Origin: Ophelia neglecta
Lineage: Eukaryota
DNA: 64,000 nt
Assembly (NCBI GenBank): GCA_965285935.1
Contig: OZ260666.1
Coordinates: 34,410,001-34,474,000, forward strand
Direction of reading: 5' to 3'
Part shown: positions 26,901 through 38,900 of the stretch, piece by piece
Layout of the letters: the number at the start of each line of letters is the position of its first letter
How positions within the stretch are numbered: the first letter of the stretch is position 1
Translations under genes and position numbers: made by a program
The notes under the pieces: model-generated
The model's database searches: none
What the model was told of the DNA's origin: nothing
Seen by the model: the letters and a program-made list of their open reading frames with translations, nothing else

Positions 26901-29900
26901 CGGGATGAGATAAAGCCACTGTGGACACGGTGGTACAGGGCCCCACCCCCTGTTCTTCCCTGATTTTTCTGTCTTCTACAGGCAATGTTCATTGACACTG
27001 ATTGTCAGGCCATCTTATACATCTGTCAGGCAAGACGGAGCTCAGACACCGACACCAACACTTCAAAGATAGAACACGCCATGCTCTGCCAACTGTATCT
27101 CGCCCGGCCACCCCACATTGTGCCCGAGACAACCCCAGCCACAATTCTACCAGCCACCACTACTGCATCTAGGATTCTTATTTACTGCCATATTTCCAAA
27201 AAATATCGCTGTTAAGAGTGCCAAGAATTCTATTTCCAATTCACTCAAATTGAGATTGAGACTTGATACACATGTATGGCGAGGCCGTTGGCGGGATCAG
27301 GCCATCAAAATCCAGAGCTGTATCTCTGATTCTCCCGGCCCAGATCAAACACGATCAAACCTTGTACAAACCTGGCTCTAATCAGCCATCTTAGGGAGAA
27401 CTGAAATTGATTCCAAGAATTCTAAGATGCAAAAAATAGCTTGTTAATGAGTTTTAGAATAACATGGAATAAACGCGATCAACGTATCTCTTGTTTGTTA
27501 TGGCATCAACCCAGCTGAAGACATGTTTTTTTCATGCAGTCTTGTTATTACCGCATGTGTGCTGCACGGTTAGGTTTTCATTTCTCCTCTGTAGCCGTGT
27601 AAGAAGGTGTGTTTATGAATCATATCTGTATGGACTCAGGTTTCTACCTATACATTTGGAGCAAGTCAGATCATTCAGAGTTCAATTGGAGTAGGCTTTG
27701 GCCAACTCATGTAGTGTAGAGGGTTCCTGCTCTATGCAGGGAAAAAAACATAGACATGTTTCACCTTAGAAAGTGCTCTTACATAATCTACAATCAAATC
27801 AAACACCAATGATAATAAAAACAGCAGCTAGCTCTCCACTTGGCACCTTTCTTCCCACAACAAATGTCATAGGGTGGCACCCATCAGACCATGTGTATAT
27901 TTCTTAAAACTGAGCAGAACGTTTCCCAGGTTGAGGGGGAGTCTTAATAAGCTGACACCAGAGCATAATAGAATTCCTGGTAGCAAAGCTGGCTACTGTA
28001 CTTACATGTAATGGGGCACTCCTGAGAGTGGTTAGAGAATGAAAAAGATGTGATGGAGTGGTTGGCGGGGAACCTGGGATTAGAATTTAGTGACTAACGT
28101 GATACTATCATACAACACCTGTGTGCGTCCCACATGTGGCTCACCTACATCAGCCAATTCTTTGACCAATTTATTTTCTTTTCCAAAACCATTTATTTTC
28201 AGTGCTAAGAGGTGTACTTCTCTTGCATTCTTCAGGGAGCGTACAGCAATCGACGTGCAGCAAGCAGGGGGTCCGAGTCAAAGTGACATGTACCAAGAAA
28301 CGAGTGTAGTGGCCACTTTATTGTCTAAAACCCAGCAGAGAGAAAGAGAGACAAATGCTCCAGAGTGTTAAAAAAGTACCCGTCTTACTTAGAAACACAA
28401 AAAGAAAGGGCAAATGTTACAGTGGCTCCCATACCCCAGTTCTCTGAGATATGCCAGCAGCTGTGAGGTGGGATTGGCTATTGTCAGGGGGCGGCCACTA
28501 CACCACCGAGCTCCACCAAACCATCCCAGGGAACCCTGCAGCTCCACTACACTCTGGCACACTTTCTTAGGTATACCACCAGCCTCCACCTCAACCTCCC
28601 ATGGAACCATCTAAACCCATATCATCCCAAGGAGTCACCCAGTTCCACCATCTTGTCACTGGGATATTCCTGTGGCACAACCATAGGGGGAAAGGAGAGG
28701 GGGGAGGGAGGAGCGGAAGATTGGGGAGAAGCCAAAGCCCCAATTTTTCCCCCCCAAACCCCCAGGCTCCATACACCCATCCTAACAATGATGTATCCAT
28801 ACTTTGTTGTTTCCCTAACCAATCACTCTCAGCCCTTTGTGAGTGCTCAGCATGTCTAAACAACAGAACTGAAAACCAGCCACAAATGGCAGAGATTAGA
28901 TAGTCTTAGATTTTGACATTACTGACATTTGGCCACAGATGCGTAACTATAATGGCCCATTAGGCCAATGGCCGATGGCTCTTGGCGCTATCATACACCT
29001 ACTGAAGTATGTAGGTGGTCAGGCCGGCTGAACACGAGCCAGACCACTGCTAACTTATAACATCTTCGAGACAATGGGTGGCCATTAAGAGTGTTTTGAG
29101 ATGGCTGAGGAGCCTGCTGGAGGATGGATGGGCCCTCATTTTTCTCCACTCTGATTGACATGACATAGCGGCCCAGATGCGAGCTGTATTGCTTTCCACA
29201 CTCTCTCACTAAGAAACAAAATCCAAGACAAACATCTATTATCTTTTTAGCGTTTTGCCTGCTTTTCGGCTCCAGCTGTTTTTTCCTGTTGTATTGTATC
29301 CTGGGAACTGTTCATCAAATCAGGCAACCAGAGTGGTAGAAGGCCGAAGTCTATGATCCAAAAATACAGCAATAAGTTAAACCAGATGCTTTAGAGTTGG
29401 GCCCACCAGCAGGTAATCAAGTTTAGGCCTATTATTTCTCATCTTTGGGTATCAATTATATGAGGTTGGACTGGGAGTATTGTGTAGGTTTCAGACGTAG
29501 AGGGTAGAGATGTCAAGGGCTGGATAGCCTGTTATTCTGACTATGATAACTGTTATACTGTGTGTGATAACACAGGGCCTTGGGCAATCCACTCTCTGGA
29601 TCCCATAGGCATTAGAAATCAGGAGCACTCGGAAACACGAGACAACTGTCTATCTATGGTACACTTACGTGCCAATTATTCTGTCTTGCTATGTATAAAC
29701 ACAATATAGAAGAAAGGGCCGGGCGACTGGAGTAAATCACCAGTTATTACCCTGCCTTCTGGTCTGGTCCTTGTGAAGACTGGTGTCCATGGTCCCTGGA
29801 CAGGAGGCAAGGGCATCCCCACAACTCAACCACAACCTAAAAAGTGAGGCTAACATCGGTGCCCCTAACCTGGACAGACAAAAACCAATTACCCCTTTGT

Positions 29901-32900
29901 TGTTAAACACAGTTTCCTACAATACCACATTCCTGCTAAGTCAGGCCAGATCTGCCTGCTCTCCGCCTTCCCTCGGCCAATCCTGACCCTTCTATCTTAC
30001 CACCTCTCTCTTCCCGTGGTGTTTTGTTTCTCGCTTGTCTTTCATGCGTGCAAACAAACATCGGGTGAAAAGAGCGATCACCTTTCTTACAATTACAGAG
30101 AGCATTATGTGTCGGTGGGGAGGCCGGGTTCTATCAGTGGCCCCCTTCGCACCTGACACAAACAATTCTGACTGTTCTATGTCTGTCTTAGCGCTGTAAG
30201 GGGTGCCCGAGTTCACTGCATCTCTGCCTCAGAAAACTTTAAAACTTGCCCCGTATAGATTGAGCCATATGGAAACTAAATCCACATGATTTTCAACATG
30301 TTTATATACTATCTTAAAGGGTTCACCCCAGCATTCTCTTCAATTTGTTATTCTAAATCTTTAGGTTTTATTTGAAATTCTAATTGCATTCATTTGAACA
30401 TGTGTAATCTAGAAATAAACACCATTAGCCTGCTTGGAGAAGGGAAATTAAGTCATTAAATGATGCATATTTAAACGAAAGCAATGCCGTTTTCTTAAGT
30501 TAAAATGTACAAGGTGATCTGTTGCTCAAAATATAGCATCTGTAGTGATATATAAAAAGTGGTTGATAAACATAGACAGTGGTCCTCCTTCTATAAAAGG
30601 CCAATGAAAAGAACATATACTCTTGGTTTATTGACCAGAAATGCCACCAAAATGGAGACATAGAAAACGATGAAAGGTATGTGATGGGGCAGCTTGATCA
30701 AGATTCTAGAGACAAAAGAGTGAGAGAGACCTATGTTGTTAAGTTAAGTCTGACTAATGGAGGATCCCCTTTGCCAAGGAGTACTTAAGGTTTAACTTAA
30801 GGTAACTCTTTCTCTTTATGTTGAGCCTAGCAGTTCTCAGGACAGATAATTCTGCAGGTTAGATTCTCTAATGATGGGAGAGATAATCTCCCTTCCCTTT
30901 GATGGTTAATCCTAGGTGGGTTGACTAAATCACCTGCACTTCTCCTATACTGATTGTTTTAATCAGCCAGGGAAACCTTCAAAGACATGTTCCTGTTGCC
31001 CAAAAAATGGATGTCTTCTTCCACATACAAGTTCCAGGTATAAGTGTCTTACATATGCACTTTTCAACAAGCACTGGTATAGTGCTAAGGTCTTTATGGA
31101 GCACCATCCTGAACAAGTGGGAACAATCTTGGATTGTAATTCTTAACACCATCATCCACTTCCACTATGAGACAGCCTAGAGAGTTGAATGCTAATGCTG
31201 CAGACCTGTAGTTTTTTCCTTTGTAAAGTGGTGTGGAGATAAGTCTGTAATGCATGCTGAGCTAGTGGCCGAGTTTTTACCAGCAATTGAAAGCACCCCA
31301 TGTCATTGGTGGCAGAAGTTTAGTGTAGAGGTCTGCTACAATAGCATTGGGTTGGAATTAATCTAAGACTGGGCTGCAGTCCCAGTCAAAATGGATGCTG
31401 ATTGGCTTTCTAGTCACCTGTAATGTGGAGGAATGGGGGGCAAATGCTCAGAATAGGGAGATGTAAGTAGATTTGCCCTGCAGGGGGCTGAAAGGCCACA
31501 GAACTACAAAGCTGGAATGCAATAAAAGGCTTATCAGTTCATCAATTATGAAAATGCCATTTGCTTGGGCTTGACCCTATTTTGTTGATGTTGGCAGGCT
31601 ATTATTTTGCTGAAAGGCCCTCTTGTTGCAGATTGAGTGGCCAGAGGGTGGGTAGCTTCCTGGTTGACAATGGGGGCCTGTGCCCATATTGTGCCCCGGG
31701 CCACCCCTGGTTTCCTGCCAACCCCTGTCCTAACCCCCACCCAGGACGCACCTCATCAGCCATCTCCTCTGGGCTGTGACTGGCGGCCCCCTGTGGCTGG
31801 CGGCCCTGGCCCTAGACATGTGTTCAGCATGTCACAGGTCACCAGCACAAATACAGGCCAGACGCTGGTTTACACTGAGAGCCCATCATTCTACACACTA
31901 ATTAATAACTATCACAAATAAACCTCCATGGCTTTACTATAGGTCAGGGGTATAAACACTATAGGGGAGTTAAATCAATTAATCAGAAACTAATTAGAGA
32001 AAATGTATGCCTGTGTGATAACATGGAGTCAGAGGAGACTTTATTATTAGGTAATAAAGAAGCCATGGTTAGTTAAGTTCTATTAATCATCAACAGTGTT
32101 TAATGATGCTTACCTCCATTTTTCCTCCCAGTAGACACCTCTTCATCACTCTGTAAATAGAAAAAACAAAAATCTGACATTAGTTTTTAAAGCAGAAAAC
32201 ATATAATGGACTGCTCCCATTTAGATCAATGATGCCATAGAGTAAATGCAATGATAATACATAAACGTGCTCGACACACAGGTAGTCCCCCAGCTTTCAG
32301 ACCTCTTCCCAAGCATACAGCTAAGATTTTATGCATGTTCTCCCCACCTTTATAGAAAACCTGACCGTACTGACATGAGAGGATTATTGTTGATCATATC
32401 TCAGGGTGGTTACCTAATTTAACGAGATGCTGAGCACTGGTATTATGGACATTATTTCATTTATCCCTGTTCTATGATGTCGGTGGAGGTGCAGCATGCT
32501 AATAGGCTAGTTTGATGTATATTTCTCGTGATTTGCACCATATTTCACCCGGTGGGGGTAATCAGTGTTTGCCCCCCTCATCCCCTCTGGACACACTGCC
32601 ACTACTTCAATGGACTAGCCAACTTGGTTTTTTAATTAAATCCCTTCCATTATTACCCCAAACCCCCATTACTCTGATGGTAATTGTAAGCAGCCATGTG
32701 CTCCAAGACCAATTCTTTGTCCCAGCTTACACACATAAAGGCACCCTTAGTCTTTTTGAAAAATTGAAAGCAGACATTTTTTCCCTTTTACCAATATTTC
32801 AATTAAGGGTTGTCAGAACACGAGGGCATTTTTCCGTTACTCACACAACGTGCCGCCTTTCTTTGACTCAAATATCACACGTAGAGGAGGTTACTTTGTG

Positions 32901-35900
32901 TCAAGGCCCGGAGACAAGAGACTGTCAAAAAGTCAGAAGCTAATTGACATTTCTGGGGTTACCTACAATGGCTGTCGTGTCGTAGGGCACACGCCCTGCC
33001 CACCCCATTCCCGTCCCCTCAAGGAACACGATAATTGGAACGCACAACCGCAAATTCTGCCACCCTAGCCTACCACCGCTGTGGCAACAATCCGACAATC
33101 CCATGTCTCAGCAGAAGACATAGAAGAGCTTTATTGTGACACAATAATGACCTTTTCTTTGAGGAGAACTAATTTGACAAACGACCTTGGATGATGGCGG
33201 CAGTCTTCGGGTGCTTGGCACGATTGAAGGCATTGAAGGCGAATACAAAGAAATATGGTGGGCCACCATTACAATAGACAGGCAGCCCGTTCAAAATTGC
33301 ATTGAGTTCTCAATCAATTGAGTCAGTCGCAGACAATGGCCGGCGGCCGGCTTTGAAGCTTTGGAGGACCCCGAGCACCCCAGTCAAACACATTTCATCT
33401 CCACAACCGTCCCTCATATGCAGGCATCAATTGGGAGGTGGATTGTGAAAGAATGGTGAAATCTCCTTGACTGGTTCGGGTGACAGCAGAGGAAGCATGT
33501 CAATGGGAAGGACAAATACCGGGGCTAAGGTCTGGTATGACTACCACACCCGGCATGTAGGCAGGATGGCAGATTAGGATTATTACCTCTGACAATAAAA
33601 AGAGGCAGCCTTTCTTTGTAAAGAGCACACCCTGCTCAAGGGCGTAAAGAACCAGCAAGACAACTGTAATTGAACACCATCCGCATAAAAAAGCTTTTGA
33701 GACTATAAAAACTGACAATAGGCAACAATAAGTAACCATTATCCCATTTTGATTCAGTCAATGAAAGACTCCAAGCCATTGCCAACAGAGCCAACGCCGG
33801 CATGCTGACTTATTACATTTTTCGAAATCAAACATGGGCTTTGACACTTGTAGCCCAGATGAATACCTTTAGACGGTGACAAAACTAGGGTGATCCATCT
33901 TCTATGTGATCTAAGCACAGTTACCACCATCTGAGGAGTAGAGGTTTCATCTTATTCGGCTTATTGTGTGGGGCGAGAGAAAAGGGTCGCTCCATCATCA
34001 GCACACAAATTACCGTGTACAATATGTGTCATTGACAGATCAGCGACAGACAGGGAAAAAGAATCAAGAGTGGAGGGGACAAAGTGTCAGGAAATATACA
34101 TGGAAATGACAAAGATTAATGCTAGGGTTCACATTTTATTTGTTGGGTGATGATTCTTTGAGTCAGGCTAATTTATTACATATGATGGTTCTGTTGTTTG
34201 CTGCCACCATACACTTCTGGTTCAACTCTCAGGGAGATGGTCAAATGTGTGTGATAATGTTTCGCTGGGCCTCTGTTAAACAAAGTGCCCTATGCTATTG
34301 TGGGCATTGATTGATGCTCCAGGGCTCTATGCAGATTGTATATAGATTGTCAACTCTAGCATAAAGCCTCTGACCACTGGTCTACCTAAGGGATACTTGG
34401 CATGATGATAGGCCTCGTAGCCAATCATATACATATGTGAATGCTCTTCCTGCTTCTTCAAATACGTGCCCACTACAGACCACAAATAAGACACCACTGG
34501 AGAATCCTGAGAGAACCGCCAGCCAAGAACGACTGCCTGCCAAGAGAACCCAGGACGCTCCCTTTGGCCTGATTTAGAAAGGAAAACAAAAGTGCATTAT
34601 CTGCCTGCCCTTGTGGCCACATAACACTCAGAATGAGGCTGCCAAGGGCCAGACTGATTACAGACCAAAAGACAGACCCAGGGGTCAACTGAACACAAAC
34701 ACCTTAATACATCACTCCAGGAGAGAGGCCTCTGATGTCAACATCGGATAAGGCTAAAACAATGTTAGACCATTGCTTATAAACAACAGGCCTAACCCAC
34801 AGGTACAATGCTTGAAAAGGGTCCTTAAAAGATGTTAATTGTCACTAATAACAAGTATGTGTTGCCCTTTTCCCAGATTCTATGTTCCCTGGCCTAGGCC
34901 CCTTGCCTAGCTAACACCTCCTAGCCCCGTCAGCCGAGGGTGGATGGTATGAGATGGCTGAGATACAGAGCACTTAGCCCCTTAGTGTCCCTCTAAGGTG
35001 TAGATGGAGAAGTAAGTCTGGGATGTGGCCAGGGCTACTCCAGGACCAAACAGGCTAGAACTGGGCCTAGATTAACTTCATCCAGTAGAAATTAAGATAT
35101 TTAGTATTTGAAAGCACCACTAACGATCATTTGAATGTGCTCCCTGACGATTTGCAAAGTCATAATAAAAGTACAAATTCAAGACTACATTAAAACACCT
35201 TCTGTTACTGAATCCATCAGCTTATTGCTGTTTTCTAGGGCATATTGCTGGGGCAGCCAACTACAGTGTAGATTAACATGGAACATATATTCATTTGCCC
35301 TAAACATTACAGTTTATGACTGAAACCTTTAATTTGCCACCCTCATCTTGCCTTCATGGTGGTAAATTGATGGCAGAGCAGGCACAGATGCAATTAATTC
35401 TTGTCTGAAAAATCATGTTTTGCTTTTGGTCTTAGTTAGACCATGTCCTTGATGTGGTAATCTGATCTTATGGTCTGCACGATTTCCGAGTCCCTATGGA
35501 CACCTGTGTTGTAGGTAACAAATTCACTCGGTTTCGGTCTCATCAATTTTGCACCTCTAGAACACTAATTGTGTTATGTCTGTCAATTTTACTACTAGGT
35601 TGTTTTTTACTACTACCATTAATCCAAATTCTTGGCATTAAACCTGTCACCCTCTTTTCAATGTTTTGAAACCTTCAGAGACTTCAGGAGAAACCCTACT
35701 AGAGCCCAATGGGTGGATGGGAATTGGCCCATGGAGCTGACCACAGCAGGTTACAGCTGACAATAGTGGGCTGGGACACATGCCATGAGGAGCAGGCAGA
35801 TGGGACTGAGCTGTGGAGCTGACAGGATTGAGCTGTGGAGCTGACAGGATTGAGCTGTGGAGCTGACAGGACTGAGCTGTGGAGCTGATGGGACTGAGCT

Positions 35901-38900
35901 GTGGATCTGACAGGACTGAGCTGTGGAGCTGACGGGACTGAGCTGTGGAGCTGACGGGACTGAGCTGTGGAGCTGATGGGACTGAGCTGTGGAGCTGACG
36001 GGACTGAGCTGTGGAGCTGTTGGGACTGAGCTGTGGAGCTGACAGGACTGAGCTGTGGAGCTGACGGGACTGAGCTGTGGAGCTGACGGGACTGAGCTGT
36101 GGAGCTGATGGGACTGAGCTGTGGAGCTGACGGGACTGAGCTGTGGAGCTGTTGGGACTGAGCTGTGGAGCTGACAGGACTGAGCTGTGGAGCTGACAGG
36201 ACTGAGCTGTGGAGCTGACAGGACTGAGCTGTGGAGCTGATGGGACTGAGCTGTGGAGCTAACGGGACTGAGCTGTGGAGCTGACGGGACTGAGCTGTGG
36301 AGCTGACTGTACTGAACTGTGGAGCTGATGGGACTGAGCTGGAGCTGACGGGACTGAGCTGTGGAGCTGACAGGACTGAGCTGTGGAGCTGACAGGATTG
36401 AGCTGTGGAGCTGACAGGACTGAGCTGTGGAGCTGATGGGACTGAGCTGTGGAGCTGACGGGACTGAGCTGTGGAGCTGACGGGAATGAGCTGTGGAGCT
36501 GGCGGACTGAGCTGTGGAGCTGACAGGACTGAGCTGTGGAGCTGATGGGACTGAGCTGTGGAGCTGACAGGATTGAGCTGTGGAGCTGACGGGACTGGAG
36601 CTGATGGGACTGAGCTGTGGAGCTGACGGGACTGAGCTGTGGAGCTGTTGGGACTGAGCTGTGGATCTGACAGGACTGAGCTGTGGAGCTGACGGGACTG
36701 AGCTGTGGATCTGATGGGACTGAGCTGTGGAGCTGACGGGACAGAGCTGTGGAGCTGTTGGGACTGAGCTGTGGAGCTGACAGGACTGAGCTGTGGAGCT
36801 GACAGGACTGAGCTGTGGAGCTGACAGGACTGAGCTGTGGAGCTGACGGGACTGAGCTGTGGAGCTGTTGGGACTGAGCTGTGGAGCTGACAGGACTGAG
36901 CTGTGGAGCTGACGGGACTGAGCTGTGGAGCTGTTGGGACTGAGCTGTGGAGCTGACGGGAATGAGCTGTGGAGCTGGCGGACTGAGCTGTGGAGCTGAC
37001 AGGACTGAGCTGTGGAGCTGATGGGACTGAGCTGTGGAGCTGACAGGATTGAGCTGTGGAGCTGACGGGACTGAGCTGTGGAGCTGATGGGACTGAGCTG
37101 TGGAGCTGTTGGGACTGAGCTGTGGAGCTGACAGGACTGAGCTGTGGAGCTGACAGGACTGAGCTGTGGAGCTGACGGGACTGAGCTGTGGAGCTGTTGG
37201 GACTGAGCTGTGGAGCTGACAGGACTGAGCTGTGGAGCTGACAGGACTGAGCTGTGGAGCTGACAGGACTGAGCTGTGGAGCTGATGGGACTGAGCTGTG
37301 GAGCTGACGGGACTGAGCTGTGGAGCTGACTGTACTGAACTGTGGAGCTGATGGGACTGAGCTGTGGAGCTGATGGGACTGAGCTGTGGAGCTGACAGGA
37401 CTGAGCTGTGGAGCTGACAGGATTGAGCTGTGGAGCTGACAGGACTGAGCTGTGGAGCTAATGGGACTGAGCTGTGGAGCTGACGGGAATGAGCTGTGGA
37501 GCTGACGGGACTGAGCTGTGGAGCTGTTGGGACTGAGCTGTGGAGCTGACAGGACTGAGCTGTGGAGCTGACGGGACTGAGCTGTGGAGCTGTTGGGACT
37601 GAGCTGTGGAGCTGACGGGAATGAGCTGTGGAGCTGGCGGACTGAGCTGTGGAGCTGACAGGACTGAGCTGTGGAGCTGATGGGACTGAGCTGTGGAGCT
37701 GACAGGACTGAGCTGTGGAGCTGACGGGACTGAGCTGTGGAGCTGACAGGACTGAGCTGTGGAGCTGACAGGACTGAGCTGTGGAGTTGACAGGACTGAG
37801 CTGTGGAGCTGACGGGCTGAGCTGTGGAGCTGACGGGACTGAGCTGTGGAGCTGACAGGACTGAGCTGTGGAGCTGTTGGGACTGAGCTGTGGAGCTGAC
37901 GGGAATGAGCTGTGGAGTTGACAGGACTGAGCTGTGGAGCTGACAGGATTGAGCTGTGGAGCTGATGGGACTGAGCTGTGGAGCTGTTGGGACTGAGCTG
38001 TGGAGCTGACGGGAATGAGCTGTGGAGCTGATGGACTGAGCTGTGGAGCTGACAGGACTGAGCTGTGGAGTTGACAGGACTGAGCTGTGGAGCTGATGGG
38101 ACTGAGCTGTGGAGCTGACGGGAATGAGCTGTGGAGCTGACGGACTGAGCTGTGGAGCTGACAGGACTGAGCTGTGGAGTTGACAGGACTGAGCTGTGGA
38201 GCTGAAGGGACTGAGCTGTGGAGCTGACTGTACTGAACTGTGCAGCTGTGCTGATGGAGCTGGCTTGATGCGCTGATGAAGCTGTGCTGATGTGGCTGGC
38301 GATGGAGCTGCCGGACTGGGCTAATAAAGCAGAGCTAAGAAGCTGCTGCCCGACAGGACTGGCCGTTGGGTTTGTATAACTGCTTTTTGGACAGGTGATC
38401 AGGACAGGTGGTCTAGTGTCATACCCCTTCCCATCAACTCTAACTATACAAGTCGACAAAATGGACTTCATCAAGTGGCAAATCTCCTGTATCAATGTTG
38501 GAAAAGATGCCATAAAAGTAACCAAGCTACATGTATATCCTTCAGTCAGTGAGGTATTGTAAGCCAAGAGTATTGAAGTTTAGATTAAACTTGGGAGAGG
38601 GGATGTATCAAAGCTCAAGTGTATGATTGCCCTGAACAAAGTTTGTGATTATAAAAGGTATATGTGTGAGTATACATTCCACCAGAAGAAAGCTGCCTGT
38701 TTTTGTGACTAAAGACTTGTTTAATGTACGGTCATTTTAAGAAGCTAGGCTGTTAAGCTTTGAGGGATTCCACTGGCCTTTCGCCCAACCTGCGATAACA
38801 CTGCCCACATTTCATGCATTCTTCCTGGCAATGAGTAAATCAGCCCAAACAAACTGTATTGCCTGCCTCCATCCGGAATTACTTTAAAATTGCAAAGTTA

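Noticed and set aside
35799-38248. CRISPR-like or telomeric array
   Set aside because: No unique spacers (only a 3-nt variable position), no cas genes, eukaryotic context, and not a telomeric motif.
37458-38567. 369-aa Ser/Gln-rich ORF (mucin-like appearance)
   Set aside because: It is a translation of the 22-bp minisatellite, whose minus strand is almost free of stops in all frames. The unit is not a multiple of 3, indels shift frame freely, the start is TTG, and it lies in a SoxD intron.
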